From Chloroflexota bacterium (GTDB taxonomy: Bacteria > Chloroflexota > Anaerolineae > JACRMK01), in the NCBI GenBank assembly GCA_016235055.1, contig JACRMK010000046.1, positions 34,958 to 98,957 on the forward strand: a stretch of DNA of 64,000 bases. The letters run 5' to 3'. This document shows, piece after piece, positions 46,070 to 55,328 of the stretch (positions within the stretch are counted from its first letter, which is position 1; every line of letters starts with the position of its first letter). The translations under genes and the position numbers were made by a program. The notes under the pieces are model-generated. The model searched no databases. It worked only from the letters and a program-made list of their open reading frames with translations, and had not been told where the DNA came from.

Positions 46070-46259
46070 CGTTCGTGCCCCGCCTCACTGAATAATACAC
46101 CGATTCCGGTCAAACTCATCACTTTGTTAAGAATCTTGTAATACTCCGGCAGGCTGCGCGTAATGAGGATGCGGTAGGATACGCACAGTTATCAATCCAC
46201 CGTGCCGACGGCTTCCGCAAGTCAGGAACCCGTACCGGCCGCTTTTCAAGGAGCAAACC

Positions 46260-47024
46260 ATGCGCAAAGAGATAGCAACCGTCGTGTTGGGATTAACAAT
46301 GATACTCGCGGCTTGCGGGCCGACCCCCACACCCGCCGCCATGATGCAAGCCGCGATGCCAACGCCTGACGCAATGATGGCCAAGCCGACGCCCGATGCG
46401 ATGATGGCCAAGCCGACGCCCGATGCCATGATGGCCAAGCCGACGCCCGACGCCATGATGGCGCGCCCAACACCCGACGCGATGATGGCGCACCCAACAC
46501 CCGACGCCATGATGGCGCACCCAACACCCGACGCGATGATGGCGCATTCGACCCCGGATGCCATGATGCAAGCCCCGGCCTGGTTTGGCGCATCGCTGAC
46601 CGATGTGCGCACCGGTCAGACGTTCTCGCTCAACGGCTTCAAAGGCAAGGTGGTGCTGGTCGAAACGATGGCGCAATGGTGTCCGAGTTGCCGCACGCAG
46701 CAGACGCAGGTGAAAGACCTGCGCGCGATGTTTGCCGGGCGCGATGATCTGGTGACGATCGCGCTCGACGTGGATCCGAATGAGCAGGCCGCCGACCTGA
46801 AGAAATACGTGCAGGCCAACGGCTTCGAAGGGTTCTACGGCATCGCGCCCGCCGCCGTGGCGCGCGAGATCGGCAATCTTTATGGCGCGCAATTCCTGAA
46901 TCCGCCGTCCACGCCGATCCTGATTGTGGACCGCCACGGCCTGGCGCATCCCCTGCCGTTCGGCATCAAGAGCGCACGCGATCTGGCGAGCGCCATCGAG
47001 CCGTACCTCAAGGACGCCATGTAA
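46260..47024 (+). CDS. TlpA/ResA-like thioredoxin-fold lipoprotein with tandem nonapeptide linker
   Basis: Lipobox ILAAC; seven to eight repeats of A[KRH]PTPDAMM; redox motif WCPSC; AAGGAG upstream. Confidence 0.85.
   Translation: MRKEIATVVLGLTMILAACGPTPTPAAMMQAAMPTPDAMMAKPTPDAMMAKPTPDAMMAKPTPDAMMARPTPDAMMAHPTPDAMMAHPTPDAMMAHSTPDAMMQAPAWFGASLTDVRTGQTFSLNGFKGKVVLVETMAQWCPSCRTQQTQVKDLRAMFAGRDDLVTIALDVDPNEQAADLKKYVQANGFEGFYGIAPAAVAREIGNLYGAQFLNPPSTPILIVDRHGLAHPLPFGIKSARDLASAIEPYLKDAM
46341..46560 (+). repeat. 27-bp tandem repeat array inside the tlpA-like gene (coding, in frame)
   Basis: GCCAAGCCGACGCCCGATGCGATGATG-type unit repeated about 8 times with third-position and K/R/H variation. Confidence 0.8.
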
Positions 47025-47088
47025 GGCTGCACGGTTGCGGGCGGACGGCGCTCCAGGGAGCGCCGTCCGCCCCGGGAGGGACAGTTCT

Positions 47089-47757
47089 ATGGAAACGATT
47101 CTGACCGCGATCGGCATTGGCCTGTTGGCGACGACCAGCCCGTGCGTGTTCCCGCTCTATCCCGGGTTTCTCGCCTATATCGGTGGGGGGCCAGTGGCGC
47201 CGAGCCGCGCCGGGCGCTACACGCTGGGCGTGTTCGTGTTGGCGGGCGTGCTGACCATGATGCTCGCACTGGGTGCGCTAATCGCGGCGCTATCCGTCTC
47301 GGTCGGCCGCGCGCTCTCCCTGCTCGTGCCGCTGGCCGACGGCCTGATCGTATTGCTGGGCGTGCTGTTGTTGCTGGGCGCCAACCCGTTCAAGGCGCTG
47401 CCGCAGGTACGTGTGCCGGCGCTGTCGCACCCCTTCGCCAACGCATTCGTCTATGGCTTGTTGTATGGACCGATCGCCCTGCCGTGCGCGGGTCCATTGC
47501 TGGTCGGCCTCTTCGCGTTTTCGCTGACCGCGACGGAGTTCGTCTCGAAACTGGGAGTCTTTCTGGGCTTCGGGTTCGGCTTCGGCTTGCCGTTGCTGGC
47601 GCTTTCGTTTCTGTCCGGCGCCGCCCAGCGCGTCATCACGCGCGCCTTCGCGCGTCATAGCCGGGCGATCAACCGCGCGAGCGGCAGCCTGTTGGTCGGC
47701 GTGGGAGCGTACGATCTCTGGTCGAACTGGACGCTGATCAGCGCGTACCTCGCCTGA
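47089..47757 (+). CDS. ccdA: Cytochrome c-type biogenesis protein CcdA (DsbD-like transmembrane electron transporter)
   Basis: 222 aa, 6 TM helices, two conserved Cys in TM1 and TM4 (TSPCVFPLYP, LPCAGP); GGGAGGG upstream; perfect 30-bp palindrome between tlpA and ccdA. Confidence 0.85.
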   Translation: METILTAIGIGLLATTSPCVFPLYPGFLAYIGGGPVAPSRAGRYTLGVFVLAGVLTMMLALGALIAALSVSVGRALSLLVPLADGLIVLLGVLLLLGANPFKALPQVRVPALSHPFANAFVYGLLYGPIALPCAGPLLVGLFAFSLTATEFVSKLGVFLGFGFGFGLPLLALSFLSGAAQRVITRAFARHSRAINRASGSLLVGVGAYDLWSNWTLISAYLA

Positions 47758-48006
47758 CTTGTGCGCACCGGTTCTTGAAGCGCAATACCGTTTCCCGGAG
47801 TAGACCAGGAGCTAGCGCAGCGTGCAGAACCATCGAGCAGGCAGAATGGAAATCGCCACCCGCGCTGTGCCATGCCTGGCGTCCGGCTTTTGCGGGAATG
47901 ACGTACCGAGACCGTGCCGGTTCATTCTACAAGCCGCGCCAGGGGATGAAGTGGCTCAGCATCGCGCCAGTATGCGCCGTGATGATGGAGACGGATGGCG
48001 ACTGCG

Positions 48007-48174
48007 TCAAAGCAAAACCGTATGCACGCGCCCGGGCGCGCCCGGCGGCCCGCAGGCCGCGATGGCCATACTGCCCGCCACGACGCCGGCGGCCATGATG
48101 AATGCGCGCCGCGAGAGGTACGCCGCCTTCGGCGTGACCTCGGATTCCGCGATGCGCGGATAGCGATTGTTCAT
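48007..48174 (-). pseudogene. Truncated duplicate of the msrP 5' end (RBS plus twin-arginine signal peptide only)
   Basis: About 110 bp near 48060-48175 is roughly 90% identical to msrP 43395-43505 including the GGGAGG ribosome-binding region; reads MNNRYPRIAESEVTPKAAYLSRRAFIMAAGVVAGSMAIAACGP then terminates; end coordinate approximate. Confidence 0.5.
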
Positions 48175-48338
48175 ATTTTTCCCTCCCCTGGATATACGCG
48201 CAGGCCGCCCTGGTCCATTGCCTCCGGCTGTGGCAGCGTGCTGTTCATCTTACCGCCCTTGCCCGAATTGCGTGAACGGCCGCCGGCAACAAAAAGCCCC
48301 GCGTAAGCGCGGGGCGTGTCTGGCTGACCCGCTGCGGG

Positions 48339-49283
48339 CTACCCGCCCGCGCAGATGCTCATGTTCGGATAGAACTGCTTGCAGATGCGCGGCACCGACG
48401 GGCCGAGGATCACCAGGCCCAGCGCCGGCAGCAGCATCAGCACCAGCACCACGCTCATCTTGACCGGCGCGCGCTGCGCCTCTTCCTCGGCGCGCTGGCG
48501 CCGCTGAATGCGCATCATGTCGGACTGCACGCGCAGCACCTTGGCGATATTCACACCCAATTGCTCGGCCTGCAGGATGGCCGCCACAAAGCTGGACAAC
48601 TCCGGCAGGCCGGCGCGCGCCGCCATATCGCGCATCGCTTCGGAGCGCGTCTTGCCGATCTGCACCTCCACCAGCATCTGCGCCAGCCCGCGCGCCATCT
48701 CGTCGTCCCGCTCGCGCGCGACGCGCGCCATGGCCGCCTCCAGGCCAAGTCCGGCTTCCACGCTGACCGTGATCAGGTCAATCGCATCCGGCAGCGCGCG
48801 GCGAATCAAATGCTGGCGGGCGCGAATGCGGCTGTTCAGCCAGAGCACCGGCGCATAGAATCCCAGGCCAACCACCGCCAGGAAAACCAGGATCTGGTTG
48901 GCCAGCGGCAAATTGAGCACCCCGAAAAGCAGTAAGCCGAAGCCGCCGAATAGCGCCGCCAACACGACCCGCATCCCCAGGAAATCGGCCGGCGCCCAGC
49001 GAAACGGGTTGCCCGCCATATCGAGCTTGAGCCGGATCGCATCCAGGTTGACCTGCGGCATCAGGCGCAGCAGCAGTCGCGCCAGGTTGCGCAGTCCGGG
49101 CCGGATCACACGCTCATACAGCGGCTGGTCCAGATCCACCTCGTCCAGCGAGCGGACGCGGCGCCCGTAGTTTTCGAGGCGCGCCTGCACGCGATCGCGG
49201 CGCGTAGTTACCGCCAGGCCCGCGAAGACCAGAAAGATGCCGTAGGCCAGCGACAGCGCGATAATGACAATCTCGGTGGGCAT
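48339..49283 (-). CDS. tadC: Tad pilus inner-membrane platform protein TadC (T2SS F-family)
   Basis: 314 aa, N-terminal TM, cytoplasmic GspF-like domain, two C-terminal TM helices. Confidence 0.85.
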   Translation of the reverse strand: MPTEIVIIALSLAYGIFLVFAGLAVTTRRDRVQARLENYGRRVRSLDEVDLDQPLYERVIRPGLRNLARLLLRLMPQVNLDAIRLKLDMAGNPFRWAPADFLGMRVVLAALFGGFGLLLFGVLNLPLANQILVFLAVVGLGFYAPVLWLNSRIRARQHLIRRALPDAIDLITVSVEAGLGLEAAMARVARERDDEMARGLAQMLVEVQIGKTRSEAMRDMAARAGLPELSSFVAAILQAEQLGVNIAKVLRVQSDMMRIQRRQRAEEEAQRAPVKMSVVLVLMLLPALGLVILGPSVPRICKQFYPNMSICAGG

Positions 49284-49292
49284 GGGGTTGCG

Positions 49293-50267
49293 TCAAACCT
49301 CGATACTGATAATCCGGCGGATGACCAGCATGGCCGAGCCGACCAGCACCAGCACTGTGAAGAAGATCAGTTGCCCGCACAGCGAGTTGAAGAACTGTCC
49401 CATGTACGCGGGGCTGATGACAAAGAGCAGCACGGTCAGCAGGAACGGCATGGCGCCGACAAAATAGCCGGATGCCTGCTGCTGCGTGGTCAGGATGCGC
49501 ACCTCACCCTTGATGCGGATGCGCTCGCGGATCGTGTGGTTGATCGTGTCGAGAATGAGCGAGAGGTTGCCGCCGACCTCGTGCTGGATCAGCAGCGCGG
49601 TGACCAGCAGGTCGAGGTCTTCATTGCGGATGCGATTGCGCATGTTTGAGATCGCCTGATCGAACGCCACGCCAAGGCCGATCTCGCGCACCACCCGGCC
49701 GAACTCCTCCGAGATCGGCGGCTGCAGTTCCCGCGACAACAACTCCATGGACTGCAAGAGGCTGTAGCCGGACCGCAGCGAGGTGGACATCAGGCTGATC
49801 GCGTCGGGCAGTTGCCCGCTGAAGGCGCTGCGCCGCTGGTACTGGCGGAACACCAGGTACCAGCGCGGGCCCAGGTAGCCCAGGATGGCGCACGGCAGCG
49901 CCACATACCACTGCTTGAAGATGAGGAGTCCCAGCGCAAACGCGAGCAGCACGCCGGTGACCATCACGACGATGAACTCGCCGGGCGTCAGCTTCAGGTC
50001 GGCCTGCGCCAGCTCCAGCTCCAGCGTGTGGCCGCGACCGCGGCGCGTCAACTGGCGGTCGATGTCGCGCGTCAGGCGCCCGCGCGCGCGCGCGCCGCCC
50101 GTCACGTGCCCGCCGACGACGCTGGCGCGCATCGCATAGTGTTCCATGCGGTCGTCCACGTCGTACGGGTTGCGCGATAGCGCGCGCGCCAGCCCGGCAA
50201 AGAACAGGACGATCCCCAGCATGGCGAGGCCGCCGACGACCAGCGCCGCAACGGGTAGCCCGCCCAT
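49293..50267 (-). CDS. tadB: Tad pilus inner-membrane platform protein TadB (T2SS F-family)
   Basis: 324 aa with the same topology; start codon directly abuts cpaE-like stop. Confidence 0.85.
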   Translation of the reverse strand: MGGLPVAALVVGGLAMLGIVLFFAGLARALSRNPYDVDDRMEHYAMRASVVGGHVTGGARARGRLTRDIDRQLTRRGRGHTLELELAQADLKLTPGEFIVVMVTGVLLAFALGLLIFKQWYVALPCAILGYLGPRWYLVFRQYQRRSAFSGQLPDAISLMSTSLRSGYSLLQSMELLSRELQPPISEEFGRVVREIGLGVAFDQAISNMRNRIRNEDLDLLVTALLIQHEVGGNLSLILDTINHTIRERIRIKGEVRILTTQQQASGYFVGAMPFLLTVLLFVISPAYMGQFFNSLCGQLIFFTVLVLVGSAMLVIRRIISIEV

Positions 50268-51536
50268 CTAGCGTGCTCCGAACAGCCCGTGCTTCGGCCG
50301 GGAACCGGCCGCGCGCAACTCGGGCGCCATGTGCTGCGCCAGGTGTAACACCACCTGGCTGATCGGCGTTTTGGGACTGCTGATGACGAACGGCAGGCCG
50401 GACTGCACCGCCTCGACCGCCGTCTTGTCGTCGCGCTCGATCACGGCGACGATCGGCTGGCCGATGGCAGATTCGATCTCCTTGGGCGACACGCGTCCTT
50501 TGGGGTTATGCCGGTTCAGCACCAGCATCATCTTATTCGCCGGGTATTTGAGCAGTTCCGCAACCTCCAGGAACAGCCGCATGTTCTTGACGACATGCAC
50601 CTCGCTGGTGGCGACCAGCACGATCCGGTCGGCATGGTCGAGGATCGTCAGCATCGTCTCGTCGAGCGCGCTGAATGTGTCCACGATCACATAGTCGAAC
50701 TGGTCGCGCAGCGCGTTCAACACCTGGTCAACGGCATGCGGCGTCAGCGTGTCGGCAAGCTCCGGCGACGCCGGCGCCAGCAGGACCTTAACGCCGCTGT
50801 GGTGCGCGGCCAGCACGTCGGGCAACGCCGCCAGGTCCACCTTGCCGTTGGACGAGCAAATATCGGTGATCGTGCGCTGGGAGCGCAGGTTCATGTACAC
50901 GCCCACGTCGCCGTAGCGCAGGCTGGCATCCATCAGCGCGACCCGTTCGATCCCGCCGGTTTGCAGCGCAATGGCCAGGTTAACCGCCAGCGTGGTGCGC
51001 CCGATGCCGCCGTTGGCGCTGTACACGGCAATGATTCGACCGTGCCGCGACGGCGGTGGCGGTGGCGGCGGAGCGATCGCGGCCAGGCGCGGCGCCGAGC
51101 CGGGTATCACGCTGCCGGGCGACAGCGGCATAGGGCCAGCCGACGGCGCAGCGTACGCGGTGCGCCGGATCCCTTCCAGCAGTTCTGCCGACTCAAACGG
51201 CCGGATGATAAACTCGCGCGCGCCAGCCAGCAGTACGCGCTGCAGATATTCCGCGCTCGCCAGCGACTTGGGAATCACCATCAAGATGCGCGTGGCGGGC
51301 AAGCGCTCGGCAATCGCCTGGCTAATCTGCAGACCATCGGCGCCCTGGCCGCCCACCACCGCCACCAGCACGACGTCGGGCATCTTCTGCTCGGCCGCAA
51401 ACAACGCGTCGTGCAGCGAGGTCGCCGTACCCACAATCTGGATGGTAGACTCAAGGGACAGCAACTGCTCAAGCGCAGACAGCGTGTCCCGCTCGGCGTC
51501 GACTAACAGGAGTCGGATCGGTTGCGTTGAGTTCAT
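50268..51536 (-). CDS. cpaE: CpaE/TadZ-like pilus-assembly ATPase (ParA/MinD fold) with N-terminal receiver-like domain
   Basis: Deviant Walker A VYSANGGIGRTT; N-terminal about 120-aa REC-like domain (IRLLLVDAE...); Pro-rich linker. Confidence 0.85.
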   Translation of the reverse strand: MNSTQPIRLLLVDAERDTLSALEQLLSLESTIQIVGTATSLHDALFAAEQKMPDVVLVAVVGGQGADGLQISQAIAERLPATRILMVIPKSLASAEYLQRVLLAGAREFIIRPFESAELLEGIRRTAYAAPSAGPMPLSPGSVIPGSAPRLAAIAPPPPPPPSRHGRIIAVYSANGGIGRTTLAVNLAIALQTGGIERVALMDASLRYGDVGVYMNLRSQRTITDICSSNGKVDLAALPDVLAAHHSGVKVLLAPASPELADTLTPHAVDQVLNALRDQFDYVIVDTFSALDETMLTILDHADRIVLVATSEVHVVKNMRLFLEVAELLKYPANKMMLVLNRHNPKGRVSPKEIESAIGQPIVAVIERDDKTAVEAVQSGLPFVISSPKTPISQVVLHLAQHMAPELRAAGSRPKHGLFGAR

Positions 51537-51560
51537 AAAGAGCTATCGGACCGGTTGACG

Positions 51561-51953
51561 CTAGCGCGGCTTGCCCAATTGCGCCGCCACAAAACGGACA
51601 ATGCTCAGCGCGTATTGATAATATTCCCCGGATTGCTCGATCGTCGGCGCCGCTTCAATATCAGCCGGGTAGACCGATTGCGTCGTAAACGGCACGAGCG
51701 CCGCCACCGGCCGCTCAAACTGGCGGAACGCCGCATCGACCGAGACACACAGCCCCAGCAGGTAGGTCAGGTTCTGGCGCAGCAAAAAGTGCTTGGCGCT
51801 CGCCACCAGATATGCCTTCAGGCTCTTTTCGATCGCCTGCTGGCAATGAAAGGCGTGGATCGCCGTCGGGAAGTCGTCGACGTGCTGCAGAATCTCCGCG
51901 GTTCTAAGGTCGGACTGCGCATAGCGCAGCCAGTCTTGAGCATTTTCAGCCAC
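51561..51953 (-). CDS. HEPN domain protein, orphan (no adjacent nucleotidyltransferase gene)
   Basis: 130 aa, GTG start; helix pattern HCQQAIEKSLKAYL similar to the HEPN at 28107; sits between cpaB and cpaE-like genes. Confidence 0.7.
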   Translation of the reverse strand: MAENAQDWLRYAQSDLRTAEILQHVDDFPTAIHAFHCQQAIEKSLKAYLVASAKHFLLRQNLTYLLGLCVSVDAAFRQFERPVAALVPFTTQSVYPADIEAAPTIEQSGEYYQYALSIVRFVAAQLGKPR

Positions 51954-52004
51954 GGGTGCGTCTATCCTTTGTGTAGTGTGATGCAGAGCGTCCGTCGCGG
52001 CCGC

Positions 52005-52778
52005 TCACTTGACGAGCATGCCGTTGAAGCCGAAGCGAATATCCACGTATTCCACGACGATCGGCTGGGTCCGGAAGCGCTGGTGGTCGCCCGCCGCGCG
52101 CAGGACGAGATGCAGCCCCGATGACGTCTCGCGCAGGAACTTGAGCGTCAGCGCGTCCTGCGGCGTCAGCAGGAAGGTCACGTACGACTGCGCGCCCGCC
52201 TCAGCGCTCGCCGACCAGAGGCCGACCTTGAGCACCTCGACGTCCTGCAGCGCGATCTGGGTGATCTGCCGCCGGGTGACGCCGGTCGTGATGTTGCCGG
52301 TCGAGGCGACATCGTAGGACGCCAGCACGTCCACGTGGTCGCCTTCGCGCAGCGCCGATGCTACGCCGCTGACGGCGTCGATCGCGTATGCCATCGCCAC
52401 CAGGCCGTTCGGGACAATGTATGAGGCCTGGCTGCCGGCGCCGCGGCGCGTCTCCTCGATCTCTTTGTCGATCAGCATGCCGGGCAGGATGACCTGCCCC
52501 TCGGCGATCTGCGTCGCCGCCAGCCGGTTGTACGCGTCGACCGGATCGGTCAGCGCGCCGCGCGGCACGGAGGCGGTTGGCCAGTCGGCCAGCCCGATCG
52601 TATCGGTTGTCACCGTCGCGCGCGGCGCAATCGCCCGGCGCGCCACGACGACTTTGGTCGTCTGCACTTCCACCTGCGCCCGATTGCGATCGGGGTTGAG
52701 AAAGACAAATGACGCGATGAGTGCGAGGCCGCCGAGCAGAATGCCCAGCAGGATCAGAACGCGCCCGCTTCGTTGCAT
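52005..52778 (-). CDS. cpaB: Flp pilus assembly protein CpaB (RcpC-like)
   Basis: N-terminal TM anchor, SAF-like and beta-rich periplasmic domains typical of CpaB. Confidence 0.85.
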   Translation of the reverse strand: MQRSGRVLILLGILLGGLALIASFVFLNPDRNRAQVEVQTTKVVVARRAIAPRATVTTDTIGLADWPTASVPRGALTDPVDAYNRLAATQIAEGQVILPGMLIDKEIEETRRGAGSQASYIVPNGLVAMAYAIDAVSGVASALREGDHVDVLASYDVASTGNITTGVTRRQITQIALQDVEVLKVGLWSASAEAGAQSYVTFLLTPQDALTLKFLRETSSGLHLVLRAAGDHQRFRTQPIVVEYVDIRFGFNGMLVK

Positions 52779-52838
52779 ACGATTCTCCGAATGGCCGGCG
52801 AAAGTCGCTTGCGCAGCGACGCTGCTGCGCGCCGCCGG

Positions 52839-53855
52839 CTAGTTGGTCAGATTGACGCTCTTAACGCCCGACACACCACCACAGTTGGTTATACAGATCT
52901 CGCCCGGCATGATGTAATGCTGGAAATAGCCCATTACCGTCTTCGGATTGCCGGTCATGTTTACCACGCTTACCACGAGGCGCGCGAAGCCCACGACGTG
53001 GTACATCTTATGGCCCTGCTCCGAATTCGCTGTGTCGTAGAATAATACCGTCACCGACATCCCCTGATGCGCTACGATGGCGTCGCGAATGTTCTGCGTA
53101 TTGCCCAGGCCGGTGTCGCCGTCCAGGCAATCGCCGATGGACAGCATCGTCTTCGATGTCGCCTGATTCTGATCGCACTCGCCGCCTGAATACAGATAGG
53201 TCATGTACGGGCTGGCGGACTGACCGTTCAGCCAATTCAGCGTGTCGGTCGAATTGTTGTTGCCGCCATTAAAGTCGACCCACCCGAACGTGCCCGGCTG
53301 GTAGTTGGTGCCGTTGTCGTTGAACAGCGTATACACCTGACCATAGGACAATGGCGAGGTGATCGACGGCGTGTGCACAACCATCGGCCACAGCGGCGCA
53401 TTGGTCATTCCGATCGGCCCGGCGCACGCCGTGGCTTGCGCGGACGTGTTCATCGCGTTGAATCCGACGATGCCCATGAAGTAGGTGCCAAAGGTCACGT
53501 AGGTTGTGACCCGCACGCAGTTGTCGCTGGCCGACGGGTTGGTCGTTTTGACATCGTTGTTGCTGGGCAGGAAGACACCTTCCCAGTTGTCGGCGCGATT
53601 GCCGAAACCGCCGCCGCCCACCGTGTACGACTGAACCTGTCCTTCGATAATCGAGCGCGCCATCGCGTTACCCAGTGCATACGCGCCTGCCATGGAACCC
53701 GAATCGGCGGCGTTCTGCATCATGCGCCGCCGCTCGAAAACCTGCGCACCATCCAGCGCCAGACCCACGAACGCGACCAGCGCAACCGCCATCAGCGCCA
53801 CCAGCACAACGGCTTGCCCGCGCCGGCGACGGTCCTTCAAATGTAGGCCGTTCAT
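52839..53855 (-). CDS. TadG-like pilus-assembly protein (Tad N-terminal domain plus large extracellular domain)
   Basis: N-terminus RRGQAVVLVALMAVALVAFVGLALDGAQV matches the Tad/TadG motif; Gly/Asn/Thr-rich remainder. Confidence 0.7.
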   Translation of the reverse strand: MNGLHLKDRRRRGQAVVLVALMAVALVAFVGLALDGAQVFERRRMMQNAADSGSMAGAYALGNAMARSIIEGQVQSYTVGGGGFGNRADNWEGVFLPSNNDVKTTNPSASDNCVRVTTYVTFGTYFMGIVGFNAMNTSAQATACAGPIGMTNAPLWPMVVHTPSITSPLSYGQVYTLFNDNGTNYQPGTFGWVDFNGGNNNSTDTLNWLNGQSASPYMTYLYSGGECDQNQATSKTMLSIGDCLDGDTGLGNTQNIRDAIVAHQGMSVTVLFYDTANSEQGHKMYHVVGFARLVVSVVNMTGNPKTVMGYFQHYIMPGEICITNCGGVSGVKSVNLTN

Positions 53856-53927
53856 GGGACCATCTCCTTCTGCATCAGACCGCTCCCCCTTAGGCCTCGA
53901 AAGCCCTGGGACCTTCCGCCCTCACCG

Positions 53928-54359
53928 TTAATTGCACGTGCTATTATTGTTCGTACGGCCAATCCGCATGGTCGCCGTCGCCGCCAGCGGCAAACTCGGA
54001 ATAAACGACACGATCGGCGAGAACGTGTAACTGGTGCCCACCTGGATCCGATTGCCAAACGAGCAGTAGCTGCTGCCGGTGGCGCCGGCATCGTTCAAGC
54101 AGGTGACCGTAACGTCGCTGGATGTCATACCCACCGCGACGACGCGCTGCAAAGCGACCTGCGTGACGCATGCCGTATTCTGGTTAACTATCCCGTAGCG
54201 CGCGCCTTCTTCCGCCGCGCTCAGGACGGTGTTGTAATAGAAATAGGCGCGCGAGAACTCCAGAATGCCGAACACGATCAGAAACAGCAGGGAAGCGATC
54301 GCTGCAAACTCAACCAGCGATTGCCCGGCCTGCCGCATGCGCGCGACAATGCTCATCAC
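53928..54359 (-). CDS. TadE/TadF-like pseudopilin
   Basis: N-terminal GQSLVEFAAIASLLFLIVFGILEF (TadE motif); 143 aa. Confidence 0.75.
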   Translation of the reverse strand: MMSIVARMRQAGQSLVEFAAIASLLFLIVFGILEFSRAYFYYNTVLSAAEEGARYGIVNQNTACVTQVALQRVVAVGMTSSDVTVTCLNDAGATGSSYCSFGNRIQVGTSYTFSPIVSFIPSLPLAATATMRIGRTNNNSTCN

Positions 54360-54821
54360 CTAATTCCCGGTCGTCAAAACCATCATGTCAGCCTGCCCCA
54401 TCAGCGGAATCGTCGAGAAGCCGATGATGCCGGCGAAATACGGGGTCAGACTGTAGGCGACCGCGACGCGCACCGGGCAACCTGCGGCGGCAGAGCCGCC
54501 GGCGCACGTGATTGTTCCGCTGAGCGCTGGATAGCTGACCGTCACATCGCCGCACGCCACCGTCAGTGTGCCGGACAGCGATTCCTGCACACGCGAGCAG
54601 ACCGTCGCCGACGTTCCATCCGGCAGCGCAGCATAATATGCGCCCTCGCGCGCCGCGTTGGTCAGCGCGATGTAGATACGAAACGCGTTGGCGAAGTCAA
54701 CCACGCCGGCCAGCAGGAGGATGAGGAACGGCAACACGAGCGCGAACTCGATCACGCTCTGCGCCCGGCTGTTTTTGCGGTGCAATACTCCGACCATATC
54801 ACCCCATACTCCCTTAACCAT
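54360..54821 (-). CDS. TadE/TadF-like pseudopilin
   Basis: N-terminal AQSVIEFALVLPFLILLLAGVVDF (TadE motif); 153 aa; start may be the internal ATG 24 nt downstream. Confidence 0.75.
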   Translation of the reverse strand: MVKGVWGDMVGVLHRKNSRAQSVIEFALVLPFLILLLAGVVDFANAFRIYIALTNAAREGAYYAALPDGTSATVCSRVQESLSGTLTVACGDVTVSYPALSGTITCAGGSAAAGCPVRVAVAYSLTPYFAGIIGFSTIPLMGQADMMVLTTGN

Positions 54822-55056
54822 ATTATAACATTATAACGGCATAGCGGGAGCGCAACAATAGCCCATACGGCACAAAAGTCGCTGAACTGTGCCATCCGGC
54901 CAGCCGGCCAGCGCGGTGCCGTCAGGCTCTGCCGGGGTGGAAGGCGCCAATCCCCTCGCCTGCGACGCCGTTGGGTGAGCCTGCCGAACCCCGTCGCGGG
55001 AGAGGGTTTGGGAGCGGGCCAATCCGACTCTGAAAAGACCCAGACCCGATAAGCAG

Positions 55057-55220
55057 GGTGCATTTCACTTCTGGGGCGGCTAATGGGCCAACAAGCCGTC
55101 ATGCCGTTGCCCGCTGGCCCCTTGCCAGCGGGCGCTTGACGGTCAGCGGCGAGAAGCCGCTGACCAGCGCGGGCATCCAGAGGTGTTGCCCCTGGACTCC
55201 CGCTTTCGCGGGAGTGACGA
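55057..55220. repeat. Composite intergenic repeat, family 4 copy
   Basis: GGTGCATTTCACTTCTGGGGCGGC module; GCCCGCTGGCCCCTTGCCAGCGGGC and TCCCGCTTTCGCGGGA hairpins matching modules at 12030-12192. Confidence 0.55.
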
Positions 55221-55316
55221 TGTGGAGGGCTGACTGGTTATGCGCCGAATCTCGCCCCTAATCTGAAATACACCCGATAAGAACATTTGTTTCATTGGTG
55301 GTTCATCCTGTGGTAT

Positions 55317-55322
55317 TATAAT
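55317..55322 (+). promoter_or_regulatory. -10 hexamer TATAAT 6 nt upstream of ATG (leaderless-type)
   Basis: GGTATTATAATGATGCCATG. Confidence 0.45.
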
Positions 55323-55328
55323 GATGCC

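Noticed and set aside
46341-46560. Possible CRISPR array suggested by regular 27-bp repeats
   Set aside because: Repeats are contiguous with no spacers, lie in frame inside a lipoprotein gene and encode a peptide linker; no cas genes nearby
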